Of a DNA stretch of 64,000 nucleotides, positions 20,701 to 30,625 are shown one piece after another (the stretch's first letter is position 1; the number at the start of each line of letters is the position of its first letter). Below the pieces are notes generated by a model that searched no databases, had not been told where the DNA came from, and saw only the letters and a program-made list of their open reading frames with translations. Source of the DNA: an uncultured virus (IMG/VR IMGVR_UViG_3300025423_000014). Its lineage: Duplodnaviria; Heunggongvirae; Uroviricota; Caudoviricetes. The stretch lies in the IMG/VR virus record IMGVR_UViG_3300025423_000014; one strand, written 5' to 3'. Position numbers and translations under genes: made by a program.

Positions 20701-23700
20701 AAGAACTACAAAAATCTTTTAAAAATTTAAGTGATAACAGTAAAGAAGAAGCGCTTAAAGAAATTCGCAACGTCATCAACGGCAGAACAATGTCGTTTAC
20801 ATCCACGCTTAAAGATGAATTAGCGGATTTAAAACAAGCACGTGCTGACGAAGGCGCTCAAGCTGAACTGTTTCCTGGTGAGTCTGAAAAAGGTGTAACA
20901 CGTACCACAAGCAATAGATTTTTAAAATACCTTGACAGTAATGAAGTAAACAAAATGCGTGCCTCTATTGTGGCGGCTAACAAACAGGCAGAAAAAGAAG
21001 CTGATAAAGCCAAACAAGCACAAAAAGAAGCTGAAAATATTGATGGGCGTGTTGATAATTTGTTGCTTACATCTGCTGCATATTTAACTGCTAAGCCTGA
21101 AGAAATTGTTGGGCTAAATAAAACTGTTACTAGAGAAGAAAAAGAAACAGAACTTAAAAACGTCAAAGCACGTAATGCCAAGGCTGTTGAAAATGCAGCA
21201 GAAATTCAAAAAGAAATAGACGCCGTAGTTATTCGTCTTAATAAAATTGTGCAAGGCGCTGAAGAAGCAAATACACATAATCAAATACACTTAAAAGAAA
21301 TTCAAGGGATTTATGATTATATTGCTCAAAAATTTTTAGAGCGTCCCGGTGTTAGAAAGTTTGGTGCTGACTTAGAGTTTTACATAAAAGAACTGAATAA
21401 AGCGCAAAAGTCTGCAGATGCAAGTGAACGTGCGTACAACGCCGCTAGACGGATTAAAGACCGTGTTATACAAGATAGCAAGAACGATTCTATAAATAAG
21501 ATTGTTCTTGAAAAAGGTAGAAAAGCGCGTGTAAAAATTAAAGAAGCCGAAGCCGCACTTGCTAAAGCCAAAGATGAAGAAGCGCAGGTTAATCGGCAAA
21601 TTGAACGCTTGAGAAGCGGTGTGTCTAAGGCAGAAAAAGAAAAAGAAAAAGAAATAACTCAAACGCCTACAACTGAAAAAGTCTATCGTGATACGATGGA
21701 TCCAAAAGTACAAACGGCTGTTATGACTAACCGCCGTGATATGGGTAAAGCCCAAAACGAACTTGAAATTGCTATTGCCACAGGCAATGAAGCGGCTATT
21801 GCTAACGCATATAAGACAGTAAAGAAAGTAGATGATGCTTTCTACGAAATAATAAACAACGCGCCTATGCGACGGGTGCAAGCCGGCGAAGAAAATAACA
21901 TTAGGGATTTGGACAAAGCCCAAACCAAAACTCAAGAAAAAATGCTTGCTTTGGCTGATGAATTGGTTGGTGCTACCTTACCAAGCCGTAGGCTTGAGTC
22001 TGTTACTAAGAATAGACAAGGACAAATAAGTCAGAAAGTTTTACAAAAAACTGTAGCACAAGAAGAAAAAGAAGCCAAAGCTCAGGCTGAAGGACCCAAA
22101 CCGCCTTTGGAAAAAATGGCGGAACTACAACCAAAACTAAATGAACTGCGTAAGCGCATTACATATCTTGATGAACATCCTGCAGCAACAAACGCTAAAG
22201 GTGAAAAAGTTCTTAGTAAAAAACAAAAAGAAGTAAAAGCAGAGCTTAACGCACAAGAAAAAGAATTTGCAAAACAACTAAAAGAACTTCAAGAAGAACA
22301 AAAAACTTTTATTAAAGAACAACTGGGTAGAAGAACTAAGCAAAAATCTTTTGGTAAAACTGCAAGTAAAGCGCTTAAACAAGCCAGTAAAGAAATTAAA
22401 AAGCAGACTAAAACACAAAACGCTGTTGGAGATGTGTACTTTAGTCAAGAAAATGAAGATACCCAAACGCTTGATCAAGTAATGAATCAAAAGGCGTTGT
22501 TCCGTACAGTGTCTAATTCAGGTACAAGTTTGTCTGTTTCTGATGTAGCTAAATGGGCTGACAAAATTGTAGAGCGTTGGACTAATGTTCCTGATATTAT
22601 GACCGTTGATTCTGAAGAACAACTACCTATTGCTCTTAAACACCAGATTGAAAATGCAGGTAGAGCTGGAAAAGTTCCGGGTTTGTACGATCCAGCAACT
22701 AGGCGTGTTTATTTAATAGCAAAAAATTTATCTAGTCCGCAAGAGATTGCCTTAACAATTGCGCATGAAGTTACAGGACACTATGGACTGAGAGAAATGC
22801 TTGGTAAAGATTACGCCAAGACCATGCAAGCTTTATATGAGAACAACGCATACGTAAAAGAACAAGCTGATATTAAATTAGCAGAAGATCCAAAAATTGG
22901 ACACGGTATTGCCGTTGAAGAAGTGCTTGCAGAAATGGCGGAAAAAGGCGTTGATGATACGCCTGAACAAAAATCAGCGCTTAAAGAAATATTTGATGCT
23001 ATTAAAAACTGGTTTGCAAAAACTTTTGGATACAAAAATATTTCAGATGCAGAAGTACGTCAAATTGTTGCTAATGCAAGGCGTTATGTTATTGAGGGCG
23101 GAACTAAAACAAACGAAGCAGAAGTTTCTAAAGCAGTTTTTAGAACAGCTAAAGCCGAAGGTTTTGATGAAGCGTTAAAGGTTGCTGATAGTCTTATTGC
23201 AAATTCAAAAACTGTACGTCAAAAAGTAGAAGCCAATCTTGGTTTGGCAGGTAGGACACAGTTCCTAGACCGCCTTGCACCGCTAGAAAAAATTGCTAAA
23301 GACCAAATGGATGGGCTTAAGGGTACACAAATGATGTACTACTTACGCATGGCTGATCAAAAAATGTCGTTTGTACAACAAGCTGTGGGTAAAGGAGTTC
23401 CTGATTTTGTTGAGTACACACGTAAAGATGGGCAAAAAGAAACTATTATTGAAAGCAAAGCGGGTGCTAATTTACACAACGTAGTTAATATTTTAAAAAC
23501 TGCACCCGGCATGAACGCTGAAGCGGCTAACAAGCTCTTTACACTTTACTTAGCGGGTAGGCGTGCAGAACGCGTTGGGTACGACACACTTAATTTTGGC
23601 GTTTCTGCTACTGATATTAAAAATGCCGTTGCAAACATTGAAAGCAATAAGGATGTGTTGAGTGTATTTAATAAAGCGCGAGACGAATACAATAAATACA

Positions 23701-25667
23701 ACCGTAATTTAATGACTTTTTTACAAAAGGCTGGTGTTATTTCTAAGGAAGAAGCTGCACGTCTTGTCAAAGCAGATGACTATATACCTTACTACAGAGA
23801 GCGCAATGGTAATGCAGAACTTATTATTGGTAATGAAAACCCAATAACCATTGGTAATTTAAAAGATCAACCACAACTTAGACAGTTGATTGGCGGTGAA
23901 GAAAAGATACTAGACTTTTTGACAAGCTCTGTACAAAACACATCCATGATTATGGATGCTGCACTAAGAAATAGAGCTACTAGAAATGCTATGCACGAAT
24001 TGGTTGGCATTAAAATGGCGACGTTTTTAAAAGGCGCAACCGCAGGTGCAGACATTGTTAAGTTTAAACAAGATGGTGTGGATAAATATGTGCGTGTAGA
24101 GACCGATGTTGCAGGTATTCCTGCTGATCTACTTGTTAAAGGTATGGAAGGCATCCCAGTTAATACTTCAGCGCTTATTAAAATTATGGGGAGCGCTTCT
24201 TCTTTAGTTAGAAAAGCCGTAACACTTAACCCTGTGTTTCCTTTGCGTCAGTTATTCCGTGATTCAGTTGCGGCTCCAATACTTTCCGGTGCAGACTTTG
24301 TTCCTATACTTGGGGCAATTAAAGAACTGGGTAAATCTGCAACAAAAGAAAAATTAGAATCTCGCGGTATTACAGGCGGTCAAATCTTTACGGGCACTAA
24401 CGAAGATTTAAAGAAAATTCTACAAGATTTTCAATCTGGCAAGATTGGTCTGTCACAACTTATTGCAAGAGCAGAAGCGCTGAACATGGAAGCAGACGCT
24501 TCAACAAGACGCGCTCAATACAACAGCTACATTAATCAAGGTTTGTCTGAGATGGAAGCTACGCTGATGTCTCTTGAGTCTATGAACTTTAATAGAAAAG
24601 GTTTGTCAACAAGCGTTCGTGTAGCGTCTCAAATTGTTCCTTTCTTTAATGCCCAGTTACAGAGCTTGGATGTTTTGTATAGGGCGATGACTGGTAAGTT
24701 GCCTTTTAACGAGCGTTTAAAGATACAGCAAAAATTATATGAGCGTGGGTTATTGATGGCGGGAACTGCTGTGGCTTATGCAATGCTTATGCAAGATGAT
24801 GAAGCCTATAAGAACGCAACGCCCGATGAAAAATACGGCAACTTCTTTGTGCATATTCCTGGTATAAAAGAACCGCTTCGTGTGCCTGTACCATTTGAAA
24901 TTGGGTATATATTTAAAGGTATACCAGAGGCGCTTGTCAACACAATGATGAACAAAGATGGAGCTAAAGAAGCTAGACAAGCTTTTGAGAACATAGCGCT
25001 TCAAACTATTCCTGGTGGGTCTTCTATGTTTATGCCCGCTTTGTTTAAACCTTTTGTAGAAAACGTAACGAACTATTCGTTTAATACCGGAAGAAATTTA
25101 GAGTCTAAAGCACAACAAGTAGAATTGCCGCAATATAGATACAACGATACAACATCGGAGATAGCTAAAAGGCTTGGTTCTGCGCTGGGCTACTCACCAA
25201 TTAAGATTGACAATTTGATTAGGGGGTATACTGGAACGCTTGGAACCGCACTAGCGCAAGCTGTAAGCATGTCTATGCCAGATCAGGGTCCTGAAAAGAC
25301 CGCTAAGCGTTTAACAGAAATGCCTGTAATTGGGGCAATGTTCCAACCATTAGATGCAGGTGGACAAGTTGCGGCTCTCTATGATCGTTTAATAGAAATA
25401 CAACAAACTAAAAAATCATTTGATGACCTGATAAATAAAGGTCAAAGACAAGAAGCAATGGCGCTATTACAAAAGCGTACAAATGAGATAGCCCAAAGTT
25501 CTATTGCTGGCAACGCTCAAGCACAACTAAATAACATAGCTAAAGCTATGAACGCAATTAAAGCGTCGAGCATGCCTCCAGATGAAAAGCGTGAACAACT
25601 GGATAAGCTACAACAAGTACGTATTAATTATGCAAAAGCTATTAGGGGCGTGGTAGGTACATCATAA
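17727..25667 (+). CDS. Large polyvalent virion protein (coiled coils, zincin-like metallopeptidase motif, LPD38-like C-terminus)
   Basis: 2646 aa; GLYD...VYLIA.NL...AHEVTGHYGL motif; C-terminal PFFNAQLQ...RVPVPFEIG...SPIKIDNLIRGYTG. Confidence 0.7.
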   Translation: MAEYLPLPDGSFATVREGETPNEAWVRSLREYPEAFAVKETPKQKERPGLLESAQLGGESLISSERTGLASLLGDKNEAVRNALQRQQSMQDRYAEQPSYTEVKKKYEEEGLLPAIGEYVRQIPNAMAEQAPQIAQSVAGAKVGARFGPEGALAGAFIPSYLQQYGGFLEAQAQEQQKQNKPIDVSRTSAAVAAVPAAAIDVLENFIPMGRGLAKSIFGPGIEKLLARGLTADAEKAAMAKLADEGFVKTLLKGTAKGTAVEVPGEITQQFLERAQAGQPLFSDDAFADYGQTAFETSKLGLLGAAGRFSDKANARQQAALANRSQALGELPTEPGAEPAVDPAQLHQDKLANDTDYMSKFVQDYETQQQAYKDLQKQTKKPDIKTALPADIEQYEQNKAQLKQMREVLAAGSKDYLKYRPIFNQLQTQQVQQQKQAEQQRLQGIEQQAAGIPQETQQQPYYQAPQGQLAGMAPPGIDPQAQQQLQQQQAEALYTQQQRLAQRLEAHQAEESEAAGAGKLETLKNLRQTGKELQAQHDEINAQLKALGGYKPTEKPVVAIEDLQTKLAKKQKDLQKLSGPGYDPQKADKLIKDIEDLQGQVQEAKKNAPPEQMGFDFGAEFKPTYSESKEQTKVVGLSKELQQAVEEKQRLIQAYHDEQERQQKVNPEIEALQRIKEAPVGKVEYQPQVSSLVDQLVDSAHQEGRHAGRVITGTNPEKIDQPSALRAQLAYANVTSNGERVNELKKKLQDLNEPEEDTSTYGNFNLGQLSKEAGVTGQQTQEGYNANKVTRLAQKQLAAYDRLAEFLNRIREGNQNVSPERAQTMRNAAERLKETVIGLALQEADAKRTQMRTPAMTTAEQMKLVRELSGVLNELIERSVGLFEPTRLVGEPAQYRANKLIRESTQRQERPPVGKRVFNNYKAAANSIRAQMRSVVDANTGTTEGNVSKRKPITKGPFALKTQFAGQETTVNTQFAEALKRAKSDTERTDLEELQKSFKNLSDNSKEEALKEIRNVINGRTMSFTSTLKDELADLKQARADEGAQAELFPGESEKGVTRTTSNRFLKYLDSNEVNKMRASIVAANKQAEKEADKAKQAQKEAENIDGRVDNLLLTSAAYLTAKPEEIVGLNKTVTREEKETELKNVKARNAKAVENAAEIQKEIDAVVIRLNKIVQGAEEANTHNQIHLKEIQGIYDYIAQKFLERPGVRKFGADLEFYIKELNKAQKSADASERAYNAARRIKDRVIQDSKNDSINKIVLEKGRKARVKIKEAEAALAKAKDEEAQVNRQIERLRSGVSKAEKEKEKEITQTPTTEKVYRDTMDPKVQTAVMTNRRDMGKAQNELEIAIATGNEAAIANAYKTVKKVDDAFYEIINNAPMRRVQAGEENNIRDLDKAQTKTQEKMLALADELVGATLPSRRLESVTKNRQGQISQKVLQKTVAQEEKEAKAQAEGPKPPLEKMAELQPKLNELRKRITYLDEHPAATNAKGEKVLSKKQKEVKAELNAQEKEFAKQLKELQEEQKTFIKEQLGRRTKQKSFGKTASKALKQASKEIKKQTKTQNAVGDVYFSQENEDTQTLDQVMNQKALFRTVSNSGTSLSVSDVAKWADKIVERWTNVPDIMTVDSEEQLPIALKHQIENAGRAGKVPGLYDPATRRVYLIAKNLSSPQEIALTIAHEVTGHYGLREMLGKDYAKTMQALYENNAYVKEQADIKLAEDPKIGHGIAVEEVLAEMAEKGVDDTPEQKSALKEIFDAIKNWFAKTFGYKNISDAEVRQIVANARRYVIEGGTKTNEAEVSKAVFRTAKAEGFDEALKVADSLIANSKTVRQKVEANLGLAGRTQFLDRLAPLEKIAKDQMDGLKGTQMMYYLRMADQKMSFVQQAVGKGVPDFVEYTRKDGQKETIIESKAGANLHNVVNILKTAPGMNAEAANKLFTLYLAGRRAERVGYDTLNFGVSATDIKNAVANIESNKDVLSVFNKARDEYNKYNRNLMTFLQKAGVISKEEAARLVKADDYIPYYRERNGNAELIIGNENPITIGNLKDQPQLRQLIGGEEKILDFLTSSVQNTSMIMDAALRNRATRNAMHELVGIKMATFLKGATAGADIVKFKQDGVDKYVRVETDVAGIPADLLVKGMEGIPVNTSALIKIMGSASSLVRKAVTLNPVFPLRQLFRDSVAAPILSGADFVPILGAIKELGKSATKEKLESRGITGGQIFTGTNEDLKKILQDFQSGKIGLSQLIARAEALNMEADASTRRAQYNSYINQGLSEMEATLMSLESMNFNRKGLSTSVRVASQIVPFFNAQLQSLDVLYRAMTGKLPFNERLKIQQKLYERGLLMAGTAVAYAMLMQDDEAYKNATPDEKYGNFFVHIPGIKEPLRVPVPFEIGYIFKGIPEALVNTMMNKDGAKEARQAFENIALQTIPGGSSMFMPALFKPFVENVTNYSFNTGRNLESKAQQVELPQYRYNDTTSEIAKRLGSALGYSPIKIDNLIRGYTGTLGTALAQAVSMSMPDQGPEKTAKRLTEMPVIGAMFQPLDAGGQVAALYDRLIEIQQTKKSFDDLINKGQRQEAMALLQKRTNEIAQSSIAGNAQAQLNNIAKAMNAIKASSMPPDEKREQLDKLQQVRINYAKAIRGVVGTS

Positions 25668-25854
25668 CCCCATAGCGTCCGTCTTTAATACCGACTTTAA
25701 CTTTGGCGTTAAGTATTCGTAAACGTATGGCTTGATGTAGACCCTCCTCCTTTATTGGATCGGGGTCGAGGCAGGGGATAAAAAACCCCTGCCCTCTCTC
25801 AAGCTTTTGCCAAGGGTATTGCAAGCGCAATGATTTCATCTGCTTCTTCTTCAC
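25642..25854 (-). CDS. Small hypothetical protein, last gene of the replication operon
   Basis: YPWQKLERGQGFFIPC; overlaps the primase 3' end and overlaps the polyvalent gene convergently. Confidence 0.55.
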   Translation of the reverse strand: MKKKQMKSLRLQYPWQKLERGQGFFIPCLDPDPIKEEGLHQAIRLRILNAKVKVGIKDGRYGVMMYLPRP

Positions 25855-28756
25855 GTCTGCTTATCTTCATTGCAGCGATACGCATCTGTGGTCCGTTTGT
25901 TCTAGCCATCATATCTTTTCTAGTCACATAAGATACGGCGTTCTTTTGCTCCATCTGACGTTTAAAGTCAGCGTATCCAAAGCTCATAGAAGAACAAAAA
26001 GATTTAAGTAGGCGCTCCTCTATGAAGAAGTCTTTGCACCCGGCAGTCACCCCGTTCTCAACTCTGCCCATGACGTTTGATTTAGTCGTGGCTTTGTCGA
26101 TCACCGAGCCGTCCCCCATAGCCGCAGATAGTCCACCTTTTTCTCCGTAGTTGACTATAACAAAGTGACCCCAGTACTCGCGTATGAAAGCGTTAAGCAC
26201 GTCTTCAGCAGAACGCTTACCGCCATGTACATTCGTTCTCATATAGTAGAGTCTTTGGTGCATGTCTTTGATGATCTCATCAATGGGTAAATCCACGATG
26301 TCTGCATGCTGTTTGTTAAATATGATTGCTGCCGCAACTTGAGCACCAATACCTGCCATCCAAAAGCGCTCATCATTGGAAGCTCCAAATTCTGTATACA
26401 TTTTTCGGACACACTGAGGCACCAATGTTTTTAGAAGCTCGATGTTGTCAACCATGTATTGAACAAGAAGTTCTCCGGCAACCGCATAATTATTAGAGAG
26501 CGTTTTAATGATTTCAATTTCTTCTGCCTCCCATGACAACTCTTCGTCCATTACAAACTCAATCAACCTACGCAGTTCACCTTCAGCCGCATGTTTTCTC
26601 TCGCCTGTCAAGATGTCAACAACGTGGGTATTAGAAGACATGATGGCGACAGTCATCCAAGTAGAGAGATTGATACGCTCCTTATTAGAACCAGACTCCA
26701 TACGCTCCTTACCACGACCCTCTGTCATATCAAGTAAGAACTCAGGAAACCATTCAAAGTCTTTGCGGTTCTTAGAAGTTATCTCGTCTGTGATAAGCGG
26801 GGTTGTGTTGAGGAGTCCAAGCCTTTGTTGCATTGCAACTGGACTTGTTCCCTTACCTGTTCTGTAGTGAACAGGGTGTCCCCAAATTGATGCAGCCCCT
26901 TCGAGAGCAAGGGATTTTCCTGTTCCAGACTCCGTACTTCCACAATGATACGTAATACCATACATCCCAGTAAAACGCATAAGAGGGGCACTAGCGCCAG
27001 CCAAAATAATAGAAAGGTGTCCATACATTTTTTTCCTTATAAGTAAATTGATAAAGTTACGCCAACCTTCTAGCGTTCCTGTTGGTCTTGTGTTAGCCAC
27101 AATGTTTTCTAAGCCCGGCATAGGTACGGGGATGGGGTGCGCCTTATTTGCATAAATCTTTCCTGCAAATACAAAAGTATCATCCTTTTGCCATCCATAA
27201 CTAGCGGGTACGTTTACTGGTGTTTTTTCTGTACTCATTTTTTCTACACACGCCCTTATGTAGTCTGCTAAATTTTTATCGTTACCTGAACCAAATGCAG
27301 CAACAATGTTTTGAGAAGCAAGCGCTTTTACTGTAGCGTCTTTAGCCACAATCGCCTCTTGAGCAAATGTAACTGTTTGCACTCCCTGTGGTCTTGTCGC
27401 AATCATATGGACTGTGTGATCCCCTGCACTATTAAGTATGTCTACTGGAAATAAATCATACGGCAAAAGCATCACTTGTCTTTTTATTTTGTTTCCGTTG
27501 GCATCCTCGTCTTCTTTCTCCATAAATACACCGCCTCGCTCTCCGTAGGCATAACCCTTTGGTGGTTCGGGGCGCTTTACAGTTTTGATTTCTTCTTTGC
27601 CATCTGTAATTTCTTTTATCTCAACGATCTTTTCTTCGTGAGATACTGCGTACTCGCGTCCAAGCGCTAATGGATTTGTGATGTTGCCCCAATGTTTACA
27701 ACTGGGACAGACACCGGGGTTTTCACTATCAAGTTTTGTACATGGGTATGGACCTTTAATCTCGCTTAGTTTCTTGTGCATACGCTCTAAGTCGTATGGG
27801 TGCTTTTCACTAAGCCAGACTGTTGCTTTCTCATGATCTACGCATTTTTGTGCAATACTAAGCAGACCTCTCCAAAGAGGTTCCATGCCGTCGTCTTCTG
27901 CGTTCTCAATGTAGTGTGCGATTTGTCCACAGCCATCCCCCTGTGCTGTTATCTTAATAATCTTCCCAAACCTAGTCTGTGAATTCTCAAAAAGTTTAAC
28001 ACTTGTTTCACCACTAATCGCTGTGCCTGGCAGTACAAGAGATGCGGGTTTTGGTTTCATTACCTCATAAGCAGTACCAACCAAATTCCTTTCAACAAGC
28101 GCTTTAATATCCTCAAACTCAAAGAAGTCGCCTTCGTTCTTAAACCGAACATTGGTTTGTTCTCTGACTTGTTTGCCTTTACTCTTTACGCCTGTATTAA
28201 CCGTGCCCGGTACGCGTAGTACCCTAGACGCATCAGCCGTTACTGTCTGATCAATATCTAATCTCTTTTGAAAGCATAGACGTTTGAACCCTTCAGCAAC
28301 TGGCTTCCAGTCTGCAACCGATTGTGTCTCTGTAAACGGCCAGTATGCGTGTACCCCACCGCCTGACGCAACCAACCAAGGACTGCCCAAATCAGAAAGA
28401 CCTACGTCATCAGCAAACGCCATGATGGCGCTGACCGCTTCTTGTGCAGAAGCATACGCTTTTGGTTTAATATTTCCATCTGCATCGGGCAAATCTTTAG
28501 GATGATTACAGTCAACATCTATTGCAATACATTTAACATTTTGAACATTGGTTTGTACCCGTTTGTTTTCTGTGCCAAATGTACCTAGCGCAAAGTAAAT
28601 GTCGTAGCTGTTTTTATTCCACGCTTCTATCTTCGTTTGTGCATCTTGTAAGTCCTCAACATAAAAGTGTTCTTTCTTTTTAGTCAGCTCTGCCACGCAA
28701 TACCTTCCGTTACCCGGAGGTGGCAAAACCGCCGCCATAAAATCAAGCGGTTCCAT
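25799..28756 (-). CDS. Primase-helicase fusion (AEP/RepB-like primase, Cys cluster, DUF927-like helicase)
   Basis: IDVD, SGGGVHAYW and RVLRVPGT primase motifs; GPYPC...CPSC; Walker A GSTESGTGKS and ITDE. Confidence 0.8.
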   Translation of the reverse strand: MEPLDFMAAVLPPPGNGRYCVAELTKKKEHFYVEDLQDAQTKIEAWNKNSYDIYFALGTFGTENKRVQTNVQNVKCIAIDVDCNHPKDLPDADGNIKPKAYASAQEAVSAIMAFADDVGLSDLGSPWLVASGGGVHAYWPFTETQSVADWKPVAEGFKRLCFQKRLDIDQTVTADASRVLRVPGTVNTGVKSKGKQVREQTNVRFKNEGDFFEFEDIKALVERNLVGTAYEVMKPKPASLVLPGTAISGETSVKLFENSQTRFGKIIKITAQGDGCGQIAHYIENAEDDGMEPLWRGLLSIAQKCVDHEKATVWLSEKHPYDLERMHKKLSEIKGPYPCTKLDSENPGVCPSCKHWGNITNPLALGREYAVSHEEKIVEIKEITDGKEEIKTVKRPEPPKGYAYGERGGVFMEKEDEDANGNKIKRQVMLLPYDLFPVDILNSAGDHTVHMIATRPQGVQTVTFAQEAIVAKDATVKALASQNIVAAFGSGNDKNLADYIRACVEKMSTEKTPVNVPASYGWQKDDTFVFAGKIYANKAHPIPVPMPGLENIVANTRPTGTLEGWRNFINLLIRKKMYGHLSIILAGASAPLMRFTGMYGITYHCGSTESGTGKSLALEGAASIWGHPVHYRTGKGTSPVAMQQRLGLLNTTPLITDEITSKNRKDFEWFPEFLLDMTEGRGKERMESGSNKERINLSTWMTVAIMSSNTHVVDILTGERKHAAEGELRRLIEFVMDEELSWEAEEIEIIKTLSNNYAVAGELLVQYMVDNIELLKTLVPQCVRKMYTEFGASNDERFWMAGIGAQVAAAIIFNKQHADIVDLPIDEIIKDMHQRLYYMRTNVHGGKRSAEDVLNAFIREYWGHFVIVNYGEKGGLSAAMGDGSVIDKATTKSNVMGRVENGVTAGCKDFFIEERLLKSFCSSMSFGYADFKRQMEQKNAVSYVTRKDMMARTNGPQMRIAAMKISRREEEADEIIALAIPLAKA

Positions 28757-28774
28757 AGCTATACCTCGGGTTGT

Positions 28775-28969
28775 TTAGAATAATGCTTGCTGTCTGGTGT
28801 CGTACTTGTAGTCTGTATAGCCTTGTTGACCTATAAAAGCTACATCGTCATACCTGCGCAATAATTCTTTTTGCCAATTAATTGGCAAACCTTCGGGCTT
28901 ATCCAAAAACATTTCTGCGTATTTGACTAACTCTTTGTTACTTAAGGTTCTAGGTTGTATGCCTTGCAT
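28775..28969 (-). CDS. Hypothetical protein
   Basis: Likely start MQGIQPR with GGAG RBS. Confidence 0.55.
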   Translation of the reverse strand: MQGIQPRTLSNKELVKYAEMFLDKPEGLPINWQKELLRRYDDVAFIGQQGYTDYKYDTRQQALF

Positions 28970-29220
28970 ATTTTTCTCCATGCTTCGTCAGCCGTCTTAG
29001 ACGTTGACATTATGTTTGTTAAAAGTTCTACCCTGTCTTGGTATGCTACGAAAATGTCTTTACCTTCAAACCAGTTGTACACAGTTTGTCTAGTAACTCC
29101 AAGCGCATATGCAATCTTAGTCACAGGGAAATTAAGGTGTACCGCCCAACGTCCAAGGACGCTCCCCGGCGTTCGGGGAGCATTGGCTACGATACTGATG
29201 ATTTTTTCAGAATAAGCCAT
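28942..29220 (-). CDS. XRE/Cro-type HTH transcriptional regulator
   Basis: VTKIAYALGVTRQTVYNWFEG helix-turn-helix. Confidence 0.8.
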   Translation of the reverse strand: MAYSEKIISIVANAPRTPGSVLGRWAVHLNFPVTKIAYALGVTRQTVYNWFEGKDIFVAYQDRVELLTNIMSTSKTADEAWRKICKAYNLEP

Positions 29221-29227
29221 TTATAGT

Positions 29228-30136
29228 TCACTCATCATCCCAGTCACTAACGATTTCAGAAAGTTTGCTTTTCTTTGCAGGGACTGCGGTTGGCTTGGCG
29301 GTTTCTTTACGAACTTCTGGCTCAACTTCTTCCTCTTCTGCAACAGGAACTGCCTTTGCTTTAGCGGCTTTTGGTATTGCTAGACCGATAGCTTTGGGTT
29401 TGTCCTTGACACCATCTGTTTGTGAGACTGTCATAACAACTGCACGACTGGCTTCGTCTGATGCACCTTGCTCTTTTGTAATTTCGTATTCTTCTTCAGT
29501 CAACCAACGAACAGGAGCAAAGATCAGCTTTGGACTCTCAGACTTCATATCGAACTTCATGCGCGTTACGATCTTCTCAACGTCAACAGGTGGGGATGCT
29601 AAAGCCAAGTGACGAACATACGCTTGAAGGGGACGTTTGTCTCCGTCTTCTTTACCAAAGATAGAAGTTGCGGGTAGTGTAAGTTGTAAGATGTCGCCTG
29701 ATGGATCATTCTCCAACACAACTGCAAGACGCTGTTGATAACGGCAAGCACGGCTATTACCTTGACCTGAACCTGCAATGTTCTGTGGGCAAGTGGCACA
29801 AGAAACGCTTTGAGCTTCTTTGATAGATGCGTCTGGTGTCTCGCCATCATTAGACCAGCAATCGGGTCCACTGATATTTTCAGCATCATATGACTTAGCG
29901 TAAAACATACGGCTGACTTTAGGTGCTGCTTTAACAACGATCACATCGAGATGGCGGTCTTCAATACTTGCCATTTCTTTGCCACCGGAAATTAAACGAA
30001 ACACACCGCCTTTGATAGAGATGCGCTTAGATGATCCAACTGCACCGCCCATTAAGGCTCTAGCTGTATCGGATAGTTCTCCTGTCTTAGCAAATGCAGG
30101 AACTTGGGATGGGTTAAAAACTGTTAGGTTAGTCAT
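29228..30136 (-). CDS. Probable ssDNA-binding/annealing protein
   Basis: RISIKGGVFR, PDCWS.DG...C..CPQN..GS...C; acidic aromatic C-terminal tail (SDWDDE); replication context. Confidence 0.55.
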   Translation of the reverse strand: MTNLTVFNPSQVPAFAKTGELSDTARALMGGAVGSSKRISIKGGVFRLISGGKEMASIEDRHLDVIVVKAAPKVSRMFYAKSYDAENISGPDCWSNDGETPDASIKEAQSVSCATCPQNIAGSGQGNSRACRYQQRLAVVLENDPSGDILQLTLPATSIFGKEDGDKRPLQAYVRHLALASPPVDVEKIVTRMKFDMKSESPKLIFAPVRWLTEEEYEITKEQGASDEASRAVVMTVSQTDGVKDKPKAIGLAIPKAAKAKAVPVAEEEEVEPEVRKETAKPTAVPAKKSKLSEIVSDWDDE

Positions 30137-30144
30137 ATGTAATC

Positions 30145-30549
30145 TCACTTAGTTGATTTTAAAACGCGAATGTCATACTCTGCCATAGAGTTAAGACCTG
30201 GAGGTACAAGTCCAGGATTTTCTTCAATGAATTTAGCCATGTTAGCTTGTGCGATACGCTTCTCAAGTAAGTCCACGACATCATGTTCAACGACAAAGCG
30301 TTTGAACGAATCCCAGTCCTGTGTTGAGTAGCGAGTCTTGGTCACTAAACTTACTGTGCCAAACTCAGTTTTTACAGACGATACCCCTGTGGCTTTCATC
30401 TGTTCCTTCATACCGATTTTGATTTCGTCCAGTTGAGCTTTCAACTTTTCGACTTCGCTATCGTATTCTTTTGTAAGTTCGTCAATCTTAGCCTTCATCT
30501 TTCTGTAGATTTTGGTAAGCTGATCAAACGGTATTACTTCTGTTTCCAT
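30145..30549 (-). CDS. Hypothetical coiled-coil replication-module protein
   Basis: 134 aa; DWDSF..FV...LLEKRI...PPGL. Confidence 0.55.
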   Translation of the reverse strand: METEVIPFDQLTKIYRKMKAKIDELTKEYDSEVEKLKAQLDEIKIGMKEQMKATGVSSVKTEFGTVSLVTKTRYSTQDWDSFKRFVVEHDVVDLLEKRIAQANMAKFIEENPGLVPPGLNSMAEYDIRVLKSTK

Positions 30550-30597
30550 TTAACTTCTCCGGTTGTTTTTTAATAGGTTATTTGTCAAGGGTTAGAC

Positions 30598-30625
30598 AGT
30601 ATACATGTTTTTTAAATCATTTCAA
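30598..30625 (-). promoter_or_regulatory. Sigma70-like promoter TTGAAA-N16-TATACT
   Basis: Reverse complement of TTTCAA (30620-30625) and AGTATA (30598-30603), upstream of 30549. Confidence 0.5.
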
